The position numbers were made by a program, and so were the translations under genes. This document shows, piece after piece, positions 25,544 through 38,432 of a stretch of DNA of 64,000 bases; the first letter of the stretch is position 1; each line of letters opens with the position of its first letter. The stretch covers positions 1,550,001-1,614,000 of the forward strand of contig NW_025963957.1 in NCBI RefSeq assembly GCF_023055435.1, given 5' to 3'. Under the pieces are notes generated by a model. It ran no database searches. It had not been told where the DNA came from and saw only the letters and a program-made list of their open reading frames with translations. Source of the stretch: Haliotis rufescens. Lineage: Eukaryota.

Positions 25544-25768
25544 CAGGTTAAAAAGAGGTATCCTCTTTCCTACTGAAACCTCTTTTAAATATTGTACCTT
25601 TTCACCCAAAAACCGTGTGTATGAATACATATCGATCCGTAAAAGTATTACCGCATTAATTATGTGAGGTACCGGCGTGCCGAATAGGGGAAGTACGTAC
25701 GTTTCATATCGGATGTTTTTGGCGACGATTTTGACGTCCGTAAAACTGACGGGTTCGATGATGAAATG

Positions 25769-26109
25769 TGGTGAGGTGAGGTGGAATGGGGTTTAACGTC
25801 GCGTCCAAGATTATTGCACTTATATAGCGACGTGCATGCACATGCATATGTGTGTGTGTGTGGCTACTAGTCCGGACTGATGCCGATTGATAGTGCTAGC
25901 AAACTGAGATACCATGCCGCAGTTAAACAAGAATACGCAACTCAGACACGGTATACGGACTACGAGCCGAGTCCTTGTTTTAGCCCCCCAATGCCGAGCA
26001 CCAGACAGCGTAACAACAAGTACCATCTTTTAACGTCTTTTGGTATGACGCGTCCGGGGATCGTACCCTAGACCTTACGCTCTCAGCTCTACCACTAGAC
26101 CACGGAGGT
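25769..26109 (-). mobile_element. SINE family 1, reverse orientation, with ~16-bp TSD
   Basis: Reverse complement of the family-1 sequence; TSD gttcgatgatga(a/g)atg at 25753-25768 and 26110-26125. Confidence 0.85.
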
Positions 26110-26149
26110 GTTCGATGATGAGATGACAACACTTAAGAAAGGAATATCT

Positions 26150-27830
26150 TTTGCACACAAATGATAACGTTTATTTTACTCTTAAGTAAAACCAACGTTA
26201 TTCGTGACAACATATTGTTTAAAAAATCTTTATCGATAGTCATCGCCATCTCCGTCAACAAACAACATTAAGCAGGAGGAGATTTGAAAGTTCATCAGAT
26301 AACACGGCTCCTGTCTAAAGGACACAAGTACTCACAAATGAGGTAGGAATATCAGGAAAGGACTCATCTCGTTTCTCGTAGATGCAAGATCAGAAGGAAT
26401 GAAAGCGTATTTATCATACGATAAACTTGTTATTTCCGACAAAGCTTATGTTTTAGCTGTTTTAAGGATGGAAACAGGCGTAGTGTTCCGGGGTATCCTC
26501 CCACAGGTTTAGGGGGGTCACACGGCGGAGCCGGACACCCGGTCAACGTCGCCACGTGACGGGCTGTATGACAGCTTGGACTCGGCAGTGACCAACATGA
26601 CTTTAAAGGGAAGTTAGATTCTAATTTAAGATTATTATTAATCTGTTCCTTGAACATTCCGGGCTGCTCGCAATATAATATTTTCTTTCTTGCTGAAACA
26701 ATGCAACAAGATATTGACAAAATAAAATATTTATTTAAAGATTATACATGTTATGCTTTTCCAGCAAAACGGGAAAGTTCTTTGGTCGTTGTTCAGGGGG
26801 AATCGCTCTGTATGTGCGCAAGACCTATGTCCAGTACATGACAAGAATCCACAGTAACTGGGATAACTGTGTGTTTGTGAGGCTTGAGTCTGACGTGAAA
26901 CCTGTCAGACTGGGTGGACTGTATATGCTTCCGGAAGGGTCCCCGCTATACCGCGATCTGGCGGGAGACGACGGAATTGATCAACTGGAGACTGCGATAG
27001 CTTGTATGGCACAGACATTGACATGGTTCTATATGGGTCCTTAATTCACGAACTGCATCCCAGGATGATTTCATTTTAGAGAATGAAAGTGATGTTGAAT
27101 TGCTGGATATAGGAGAGATATGTTCTGTAGGGAAGGAAATCACAAGATGAGAAAATAAATAAGTTTGGTTTGTCATTATTAAATATATGTTAACAGTGGG
27201 AAATCATATTGTGAATGGAAAGAAACCGGGTGTCTTGGAAGGCTGCTTTACGTACATAAGCCCATATGGGACTAGTTTGATAGACTATTTTCTTGTATCT
27301 GGAAACAATTGTAATGCTATCAAAGATTTATATGTACACAGCCGAACGCAGTCTGACAACGTGCCCGTTTCCTGTCAGTTGTTACATTCTATTAGTCAGC
27401 CGCCGTCACCGAGTGACCAGGAAACATTAATTACAATGAAAGTTCTCAGAAATGTGTGGTCCGAGGATGATATAAGTTCAATATAGACAATATCTCTTCT
27501 CCCGCAGCAAAAGCAATCATTGACAGCTTTCTTGATTTTCTCGTAAATGTAAACGAGGCTGCCGACAAACTGTCTACTATATTTCAGATCATTGGTGCGC
27601 ACATTAATATTCATTGATTACATATTCTTCGAACATAAAAAAAAACGAAAACAAACCTAGAAGTTCTTTAGAGTCCAAACGAGATTTTAAAAAGAAATGT
27701 GAGGAAAAAGAGACTACTAACAATAACGAATCGACAGATCGCATGAACTTGGCAGTTGGTGATAGAAACTTTCGCGCTTTTTCCAAGAGATATTTGTCAA
27801 TCAATAATAAAGCATCATCTTATGCTTAAG
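26150..27830 (+). mobile_element. Degenerate non-LTR retrotransposon (LINE): ORF1 C-terminus plus ORF2 APE endonuclease, no RT
   Basis: 26381 onward reads DARSEGMKAYLSYDKLVISDKAY (typical LINE ORF1 end). Frameshifted pieces FFLAET, GRCSGGIALYVRK, LNSRT, SQDEK..NKFG, NGKKPG..GCFTYISPYGTSLIDYFLVS are APE-endonuclease motifs. Confidence 0.85.
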
Positions 27831-27938
27831 ATCACTTAAAGCATTGTCATTTTATTCCATTGTTGTAAATGCATGAGTTTTTTTCTGTTAAAGCGAGAGT
27901 GACAATTAAATCAATAAAACGGGAATTTCAATTAACTT

Positions 27939-27940
<2 letters not shown>

Positions 27941-28017
<77 letters not shown>
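27941..28017. repeat. (TA)n microsatellite
   Basis: Direct reading. Confidence 0.97.
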
Positions 28018-28019
<2 letters not shown>

Positions 28020-30335
28020 AGAAATATAGGCTTTGCAATAAATTGAGCTAAAGTTACAGGTCTTTCAGTTGAAGAGTGTTAGGCAGGCAGCCTTTATTTC
28101 AATACCGGAAGTGGTATAATCCAAACCGTAAGTACAAATATCAAAGTTACAAAGTAAGCCACAGCTGTCATACTTTCTCCTTTGAAGTTCTAATATAGTC
28201 AGCATCTGTTTCCTGAAACAACAAAGGACATAATCCAAACTAGATGTGCCAATAACTAATTTTATAAACTGAGATAGAACCAGGTGGCTACAAATTTTAG
28301 GTTTTAAAGCAGTGAAAAAGAATTCTTAAACCGGAAGTTAGACAATTCAAACACTTAAAAGCTTTGTTGCACAACGAGATCCAACCATGGGTCATTCAAG
28401 TTTATAATAAGGACGTGTTTTCTGAAACCATAAGTGACATAATGCAAAAACATGAAGTACTAATAAGTTTGTTACAAACCGAACTAGAACTGTGGGGCTT
28501 TGTAGTTTTCCATTCCAATTAAATGTTCTGTGTCAAACCGGAAGTGATAATTTATTAATTTTCTGGTTCTAAGTGCACTGGTAGAAAGTATCTGTTGACA
28601 TTCTTTGATAAGACCAGACGTAGTTACTCCTTAAAGCTATCTAAGCGAGCTAAAAGGATGTGGAACATGCCAATGGGCACCTATCGCAACCTTGATAAAG
28701 CAGTGAGAATGGATGTCATTGGAGCCCGACATATTTGGTTTCAATTTTATGAATAAATGCTTCATTTTTAATCTAAACCTCATCAAAAATCTGAATCAAA
28801 TTCCACTGCAACAGCACATCCTACCAAAATATCAGCTATCTGGATATACCAATTTCTGAGAATTCTAAATGATTTCAATAAAATTATGTTGGGTTTTCAT
28901 ATTTTAAACATAAGATCCATTTCATATTATCGTCCAACACGACTTGATACAGTTTCCGATCCCCTGGTCTTGTAGTTTGTCAGAAGAAAATAATTAAATA
29001 TAGTACAGTTTGAGTTTATATCATTTTTGGTTTTCTTTTAATGTTGTTATTTAATTGGCATGTACATATCTGATGGAAACATATATCAATGTTTCTAAAT
29101 TTCTATACATGCGGTTTCTTAGCAAAGAGACTTTAAAACATAATTTGACTTTGTTTTCATTTATAAACAAAACACTTAAAATATTCACACTTAGTTTTAG
29201 TTTTTACGAAAAGACTCTTCGCTCTCCATGTCTTAAAAACTGACCGCTGGAATGTTTTCAGTACATTTCTGTCAGATACAGTTATATTGGGAATCAAGTG
29301 GTCACAGCTGTCACCAAGCAGATCATGTGCCACCGTACCCTTATGTCGTGGGTCTCTACTCATAATTCAATCACTGGTTTGTTTACTTGGTTCCATTATC
29401 CTTTTACTGTTAAGCGACGACAAAGAACAGTAACATGGTTTTAGTATTGTCACATATTGTATGTAAAATTTAACCTGTGTTGGTTGTGACATCGTTCCCG
29501 GGCGGCGTTCAACAACTAACCAAAGAAGACCTATTCTACCCCGGAATCTTCACGGGTCACTAACAAACAGAACTGACTAAACTTTGTTCACTGGACTTCG
29601 ATAAGGTGTTAATTTGGTGTTGATGCGACACATCAATAGGTCGTTTCAGCATTTGCTGTTTGTTCTTGTTTAACGTCGCAATGAGAAATATTCCAGCTGT
29701 CTGAAGGCCGTATGTAAATAACCGGGTCTCGATGAGACAATCCAGCGATTTAAATATATCAAACTTTTGTGTACAATGTGTTTACTAGTCTGGACTAGCA
29801 TATACTTTCGTTCCAGGCGTATTTTGACCTTGAGTCGACATTTGCAGCATAACAGTTTCACAAAATCAAAAATGCGGACATGGGCAATAAAAAAAAAAGT
29901 AAGCGCAAAAAAAGGCTTTAGCAATTGGTTGCCATTGAAACCAAACTTGCATTCTAAATGGTCCTACACCTTGTGACAAGAAAGTAACGGACCAGGTTCA
30001 GGTGACCCTAACTGACCACGGACCTCGAGGCAGCGTTTTGGACAAATTGACAAGTACGTCAATTACCCCTTCGCTTGTCAAAGCCAAAACAGACATTACT
30101 TAGGCCATTGAGGCAAGGGCTGGGGATTTACATCCCCCTTAACGCGGGGTCTATTTCCGGGGAAAATAAGGTACGTGACCCTGTGACCCCCAGAAACCCG
30201 ACTTTGACCTTTGCAGTGGAAAGACAGTTGACCATGCTTACACATATCTTCTCTGATATTGCTTGACTGAAATGTTACATGCAGATTCCTTCTCATGAAA
30301 ATCGTTTTTCTTTTAAATATTTTCAAAAAATCAAA

Positions 30336-31710
30336 CCTAGACTATAATAAACTGTTGTCCCTCATAAACATGTATCTCACCCATGAACATACCTAGACTA
30401 TAATAAACTGTGGTCACTCATATGCATCTATCTCACCCAAGAACATATCGAGACTGTTATAAACTGTGATCACTCATAAACATGTTTCTCATCCATGAAC
30501 ATACCTAGACTATAATAAACTGTGGTCACTCATATGCATCTATCTCACCCAAGAACATATCGAGACTGTTATAAACTGTGATCACTCATATATATGTTTC
30601 TCACCCATGAACATACCTAGACTATAATAAACTGTGGTCACTCATATGCATCTATCTCACCCATGAACATATCTAGACTGTAATAAACTGTTGTCACTCA
30701 TAAACATGTATCTCATCCATGAACATACCTAGACTATAATAAACTGTGGTCACTCATATGCATCTATCTCACCCATGAACATATCGAGACTGTTATAAAC
30801 TGTGATCACTCATATACATCTTTCTCACCCATGAACATATCTAGACTGTAATAAACTGTTGTCACTCATATTCATGTATCTCATCCATGAACATACCTAG
30901 ACTTTAATAAACTGTGGTCACTCATATGCATCTAACTCCCCCATGAACATATCTAGACTGTAATAAACTGTGATCACTCATATACATGTATCTCACCCAT
31001 GAACATACCTAGACTTAATGAACTGTGGCCACTCATATGTATCTATCTCACCCATGAACATATCTAGACTGTAATAAACTGTTGTCACTCATATACATGT
31101 TTCTCACCCATGAACATATCTAGACTGTAATAAACTGTTGTCACTCATATTCATGTATCTCATCCATGAACATACCTAGACTTTAATAAACTGTGGTCAC
31201 TCATATGCATCTAACTCCCCCATGAACATATCTAGACTGTAATAAACTGTGATCACTCATATACATGTATCTCACCCATGAACATACCTAGACTTAATGA
31301 ACTGTGGCCACTCATATGTATCTATCTCACCCATGAACATATCTAGACTGTAATAAACTGTTGTCACTCATATACATGTTTCTCACCCATGAACATATCT
31401 AGACTGTAATAAACTGTTGTCACTCATAAACATGTTTCTCATCCATGAACATACCTAGACTATAATAAACTGTGGTCACTCATATGCATCTATCTCACCC
31501 ATAAACATATCGAGACTGTTATAAACTGTGATCACTCATATACATGTTTCTCATCCATGAACATACCTAGACTATAATAAACTGTGGTCACTCATATGCA
31601 TCTATCTCACCCAAGAACATATCGAGACTGTAATAAACTGTTGTCACTCATAAGCATCTATCTCACCCATGAACATACCTAGACTTAATGAACTGTGGCC
31701 ACTCATATGT
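30336..31710. repeat. 56-bp minisatellite (~24 units) with alternating subtypes
   Basis: Unit acctagactataataaactgtggtcactcatatgcatctatctcacccatgaacat; consecutive starts at 30391 and 30447. Confidence 0.95.
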
Positions 31711-33758
31711 ATGTATGTAACCATGAACCTATCAAGACTATAATCATCATTCATTTTCATCTATCTCACCCAAATACATATCTAGGCTATAATGAACTGT
31801 ACCTATATGCATGTATGCAACCGCTGAATAGATGTACGGAAAAGACCAATCTGAAGCCAGTAAAAGTAATCACAAAGGTAATAACAGTGTTGAGGGAAAA
31901 ATCAGATATGGACTCACATTATCCACTTCTGCACTTGACAAATGGTTTATACCCAAACTGTACCAGTGTGGTCTACATGACATGAGTGTACTGTGTCCTT
32001 CAAACTGTGTCGCAGTGTACTCCGCAAACATGACTGAAACCAAAAGCTTCCTCAGTATTAACTTCCGTGATTAGGTTTAAATATAAAAATCTTAAAATGC
32101 GTGTTTCACCTTCCTTTTCAAAATCGAGGAACAAATAAGATTAACTGTACAAATAGTTGTTCAACAGATAAAACATACATGAGGAAAAACACAACTGTTG
32201 TTTGAACAGATGCATGTTCCGACATACAATTGGTGTAGTTAATGATCACTTGTTTACATTCCATGTTCATAACTGACTAGATGCAAATATGATTGTTACA
32301 ACATGCTTTGTTTGTTATAACGCCTCACTATTCAAGTAATAAGCCAGCTGTGAGGTGGTGGCCTGTAAATAACCGAGTCTGTGACAATCAAACCATTGAT
32401 TGATCTGAGCAATGATCTGAGCCGTCCGGGTGCGACAATACGCAATAAACCAATACGCTGAGTCTGACCACCCGACCCATTCAGTCGCCTCCTACGACCA
32501 GCATAGGTTGCCGGGGATCAATTCTAAATCGAACTCACCATGGGTTCCAAATTGTCACCTCTTACGACGAGCAATGGGGTGCTGGGGACACATTGTTCCC
32601 CGTTTCCCACTTTTATTCGACTAATCCTGATCATCACATTTACTTGATTGACCAATCCATAATGATGACAATCACTTAATCGCCACCGGTCTGAACTGAA
32701 CTGAACCTTTATTTACACTAAGGCCGCTCTCAGCGGCATCAGAGGTACAAAATATTTCAACAACATAATACATATACATATAAATATAGAACAGATTTTT
32801 AGAAAACTTTGCCGAGCATGCATGCATGTTATACAGATTTACTAGGGTAGCACTATATGTGCAATTCAATAAGAGGGAGAGTTACTGTATAGGTTTAAAC
32901 AATGACGTGATGATTTTACCTAATTTGGGACAGTTTTCTCAATGTTCCTAATCGTGAATTATTGAAAAGTACATTCATTTATGCATATTGGGTTTGATGT
33001 AGTTGAATCTGTGTAAAAAGGTTTTCTTTCGTTTTCTAAAGATGGACAAATAAATAAATAATGGAATTCATCACCTATGTCAGATAATTTACAAAGAGGA
33101 CATTTCCTTTCGGTTAAAGGTATTTTTCTCTCCCAGTTTCATTAGGTAGGTTATGGTTACAAGCTCCAAACTTACGTAAGACTCACCAAAACGTTCTTCT
33201 GCAGTACGTTTAAATAATATTTAAAGTTTAGGTTATCACTTTTTATGCTACTATACATTGTGCCTTTTGAAGACTCAAGCTGTGCTCAGTGACAACCTAA
33301 GGAATCCTCTCCGGGCCATTTTTTACTTTTTTAAAATATTGACACCGATCTGAGCGCAATTAGAAACAATTTAACCGAGGTCTTAATGTAATAGGCAATC
33401 CTTTTGAGGACAGGGGGCACGAAAAAAATACCTGATTCTCATAAAATGTTACAAATACACATGTTATATCCCGAAAGAGGCATGAAAAGCCAATTTCTAT
33501 GTAAAGATACCAAGCAAGCACTCGTCAGAATTGGTTTGGAAGTCTTTAGTTTATATCATTGTAATGCTACGAAATAGTATGAAAAGCTGCACCATCAGTA
33601 CATATAGTAAACTACCGTTATAACGAATTCAAAGGGGGCACTAATTTTAGTTCGTTATAACCGTAGTTCGTTATAAGCATATATACAGCATAACAAAAGC
33701 AAATAGTGGGGACAACAAAGTAAGTTCGTTATATCCGTCAGTTCGTTATAAGCGTGTT

Positions 33759-33887
33759 NNNNNNNNNNNNNNNNNNNNNNNNNNNNNNNNNNNNNNNNNN
33801 NNNNNNNNNNNNNNNNNNNNNNNNNNNNNNNNNNNNNNNNNNNNNNNNNNNNNNNNNNNNNNNNNNNNNNNNNNNNNNNNNNNNNNN
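33759..33887. other. Assembly gap (129 N)
   Basis: Run of N. Confidence 0.99.
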
Positions 33888-34329
33888 AATCGACTCGCCC
33901 GGCTAGCTCCAGCCGGAAAAATATTGTTTTGTGCACGTGACTATCACATGATACACAAACGTGGCGATGCAATGCAGCCTTATAAATATATACTGTTTCC
34001 GTGTGCGATTGTCTTCAAATCAAAGTACGTTGCAAGTTTCGTTTAAGCTCTGAATAACTGGTCTTAAAAAAATCCGTTATGTTATACGAACTATATGCGT
34101 CTGGATCAGTTCTTACTCGTTTCACAGTGAATTCCTGTCACTACTCCAGTACTGATGCTGTTCTAGGCATTATGTGGTTAGAGAAGAACAGCGCGTGACA
34201 GTTACTGCCTTAATACACATCAGTAATTTTGCAGATATTGTCACGGGAACAACACGTGGGATACAAAGGGATCTGACACCTCTTGGAGATAAACTGTTGC
34301 CAAAGCCTCGACCTACTGAATCGAATCAG

Positions 34330-34445
34330 AAACCAATTTAGTTTCGTTTACTCACCTCTTCAGAAATAAGAACAATAGGCAACTGTAGCTTAGGTTTTTG
34401 CTGTGTGTCTCGTGGTGAAATGGTGTGGTGTGTTTATAAGTTATG
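34330..34445 (-). promoter_or_regulatory. Putative non-coding exon 1 of TLR-B1 (B2 copy ~62683-62795)
   Basis: Donor AG|GTGAGT (GT at 34355-34354); sequence homologous to 11700-11790 (aactgtagctta..tgctgtgtctcg.ggtgaaat). Confidence 0.5.
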
Positions 34446-35292
34446 GCATCGATTGACGATAACTTTGTTTGCTTGTCAGAAAGCTTTGTATGTAAGGAAA
34501 AGGATGAAATTAACACACTGATTTTGTTAACTTTGAATTCAACATCCTTTTTGAGAAGCCTTCTTCGTGGTCAGGGGGTACGGGTGGCCAACTGGTCAAA
34601 TGTGCTGCAATTGTCTATGATGCCTTTGCTCATGAGTAACGCCTAAAGCCTGCGTCACTTCGATCTTTCTCCTCATAATATATTCAAAGCGGCGCTAAAG
34701 TCAACTAACTCACTAACTCATCGTTTAAATTCATCTTTGCAGAGATTTGGTACAAAGTAAAATGAAACGTGATTTCTGAACGCCAAATGCTCAATAATGT
34801 ATGCACTAAACATATCGTGGGGATTCCGGGTTAGAACTGATCCCAAGTAAATCCTACTGGATTTTGCGCCCATCGTAAACCGTGGCGTGGAATATCCATG
34901 ATATGACTGGTTTGTCAGGGCAAGAATCGAATGTTTACAGGCCGCCGTTCTAGAGATGGAATAGACATTTACACACTACACACTGGACGATCATCTGATC
35001 CATTAATGATTTAGGCAGATGTTCCATAAGGAAGTGGCAGTTATCGAAGTATTTCCTTGTTCCTATTAATATGAGAGGTGGGGTAGCCTAGTGGTTAAAG
35101 CGTTCGCTCTTCATGGCGAAGACATGGGTACGAATCTCCACATGGGCACAATGTGTGAAGTCCGTTTATGATATTGCTGGAATATTGTTAAAATTGGCAT
35201 AAAATCAAACTAACTCACTCCTATTAATAATGCATGGATAGTAACCAATGAAAAGGATATTTGGAATGTTAATACAGTGGATATAGCATTTT

Positions 35293-35518
35293 TGTTTCTT
35301 TGTTTGTTGTTTAACGCCGCACTCAGCAATATTCCAACTATATCACGGCGGTCTGGACCAGATAATCCAGTGATTGACACTATGAGCATCGATCTACGCA
35401 ATAAGGATACGATGACATGCATCAACCAAGTCAGCGAGCCTGACCACCCGATCCCGTTAGTCGCCTGTAACGACAAGCACAGTCGCCTTTTATGGAAAGT
35501 ATGGGTTGTTCACGGGTC
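35293..35518 (-). mobile_element. SINE family 3, reverse (paralog ~63647-63872)
   Basis: Reverse complement of 3975-4240 with internal deletions. Confidence 0.8.
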
Positions 35519-38432
35519 GGATATCGCATGTGCATGTATTGATAGATGTGTGGGTGCCTTCTCGCACGGAATCCTCACCCGGGACCTAATATATGGTATT
35601 TGTACTGGCCTTGACGTCACTAACTAGACTACCTGGTCACATTATCTTTTAGAAAAGTATCTAACAGACCCAGTAAACAGGTGAGTGAGTGAGTGAGTGA
35701 GTTGGGTTTTAACGCCGCTTTTATCAGTATTCCAGTTATATCACGGCGTGTCAGCTTTATGTGGGAGGAAAGCCCAAAGTGATGCAGGTCTCAGACGTTT
35801 ACCACCTCGGTGAAACCCACGAGAACGGGTATGGTGCTGAGCTAGAAACATAATCGGGGTGAACAGGGGTTCGAACCCACAAACATAGGTTTCTGGCGTG
35901 CCCAAGGAACGCAACTCTGCACAGCGAATCGCAGCGCTTTAGACGACTTGGCCACCCTTGCCCCCCAGTAAACATGAATAACCTGGTCCTAGCAGTGATC
36001 TTTAATGACCTCTACATGCATGCATATATAAATAGCAACACGTTGTCCTACCTAACCGATTGGTTAATGTCACTGCAAAGGTCACAAATTCGGTGAAGTT
36101 TAGTGACGCTGACGACGGACAGTAGTTGGATGAGTGGCCGTTTTCAGCAAACTTGTCTCCTTAAGAGTGTCTTGTTGTTTCGTTCCTCCACGCTGAATCA
36201 CAGGTCTCCCTAGGCAAGTCACTTGGGTTATAAAAAAACAAATACACACGACTATCGTACGTAAAATGACCCTGGCACTTGCATGTTAACTAGTGATCAC
36301 CAACTGACTCCTCCTTCCTCTAAACGCTGGTACCAACAATGGTCCGTACATTGTCAGGTGGGGCGGTCGGGCAGCCTAGTGGTGAAAGCGTTCGCTCGTC
36401 ACGCCGAACACCCGGGTTCGATGCCCGACGTGGGTACAATGTGTGAAGCCTATTTATGGTGTTCCCTGCCGTGATATTCGCTGTTTTCCCTTTGCGCCAA
36501 ATGGAATCTGTTTGGGCGGATATTCTCTTGCATTGACAATTTATATTTGACAATAAAAATATCACCTTACTGTCCCGAATCCTGTTCAATGCATTTTATC
36601 AACTTTCAAACAAATTTTTTCACGATGAAAATGCGTAAACTAAAAATCGTGAACTAAAATGCAACAAAAGGGTCTGGCCTGACAGTGTTGTTGTCATACT
36701 AAGTGTATGAACCAGGAAGAGCACAGAGAAAAGTAATTTTAACATGACACTGTAGCGGCATGTTCCTGCAGAAGTCAGACTGTTGTTGATTCATATCCAT
36801 TTCATCATACATTGACTGCACAAACAAAAATGCTTTAAACCTTAAATTTACTTACCCCACTTTTGATGCATGTATATGATTTGTATGCGGTTCCTAATGT
36901 TTCATGTATAATTCTACACTGAAATATTTTCTGAGATTGACATCCTCAACTCATGATCAGCATACATTCATTGTCAAGTTGAGTACATGTAGAGTTTTAC
37001 GCTGTTTCATGACAGCTTGTGACACACAACGATGGTATTATCATTTGACGGAAAGTGGATGAAGCGGTCGTTCAATATTGCCCTGAGCTTAGAAACAGGC
37101 GAACAATTAATTTCTTTCCTCCTTTCCAATCTGGCAAGCGCCATTGTGCGGATTCCGCGGCATCGAAGGACACTATAATCTCAATCTGGTCATAAGATTG
37201 AGCGATTGTGGTTTTACGCTGATTATAGCATTATTCCAGAAATATCTCATCGTGGAACACCAGAAAGGGATATTGTATGTTTGTGGGGAATCGAACCCAA
37301 AGGATAAGCAAACGCTGTAATCGCTAGGCTACCCCAACGCCACTGTCATACTAGTTAACTAATGTCAGCTTGTTGTAAGGAGTGAACTAGATGACTTTGT
37401 GTCTTCATTACACAAAGTAATTAGCCATATGAAAACGATATTCACTCACAAACTCATGTAATTTGAGTTACGTTATGATGATCATGTCAGAAGTGATCAC
37501 ACCATTTAGATTTAACAAAGCGTCTTAGCGATGACATAAAATCATCAATATCCTCAATAATCAAATCAAACACACCACAACCAACAAGGAATCTGTTTCA
37601 GCTGATAATTGGTTATTCTCTGGCGATGACATCTAATATTATTTTACATATCCTGATCACCTGCACAGGCTTTGTGTCATGGAGGTAATCGTAGAACCAA
37701 CAGAGACAAAATAATATCTTCTCGATAATGTTTGAAAACAATAATTATACCCCCCAAACAATCGTTTTAGTGGATGTTCTGAAAAACAACGTCTTGTGGG
37801 TCTACAGTTGTCATTTCAACGAAAACATAGTAAATCTTGAAGCGCTGACTGAAAATATATTCATATCAATCAACCGAGTCTGACCACCTGATCCATTCAA
37901 TCGCCTCGTTCTCCATGCATAGTTTTCTGGGGACTTACAATTGTAGACATGCATTGGTTACAGTTCAAATCATATGATATAAATATGTTTTACTATAGTT
38001 TGGGTTGTGAAGGAATATGTGAAACCGTGATTAATTTAATGTGAATAAAACACATGTTTACTTCAGCAAAACACAACATATTCACTTACAAAACACTGCA
38101 CTGATTCTTTGTACAACATGCACGTAATATATATCCACTTCAGAATTAATCCCTGGCGGTGGTTCATAAAAAGCTTCCTAAAAATCTGGAGACGAATACA
38201 ATAGACGGTTCTGGGATGTGACATCATACAGAAAATACCTGTATGTAATGTACATCCACTCCAAGATGAATCCCCGGAAGTGGTTCACAACAGGCCTCCT
38301 GGACGTAAGGTATTATAGAAAATACCTTCAGATATTATGATCAGTATATGGTAACACGAATGAAAAAAGTCATTGCATCACTGCCTCTTTTAACCAGCCT
38401 AGTTACCGATTATCATACCACTTATTAAGCCA

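Noticed and set aside
27869-28051. ORFs with (YI)n, (SL)n, (CV)n or (HT)n runs
   Set aside because: Translations of dinucleotide microsatellites.
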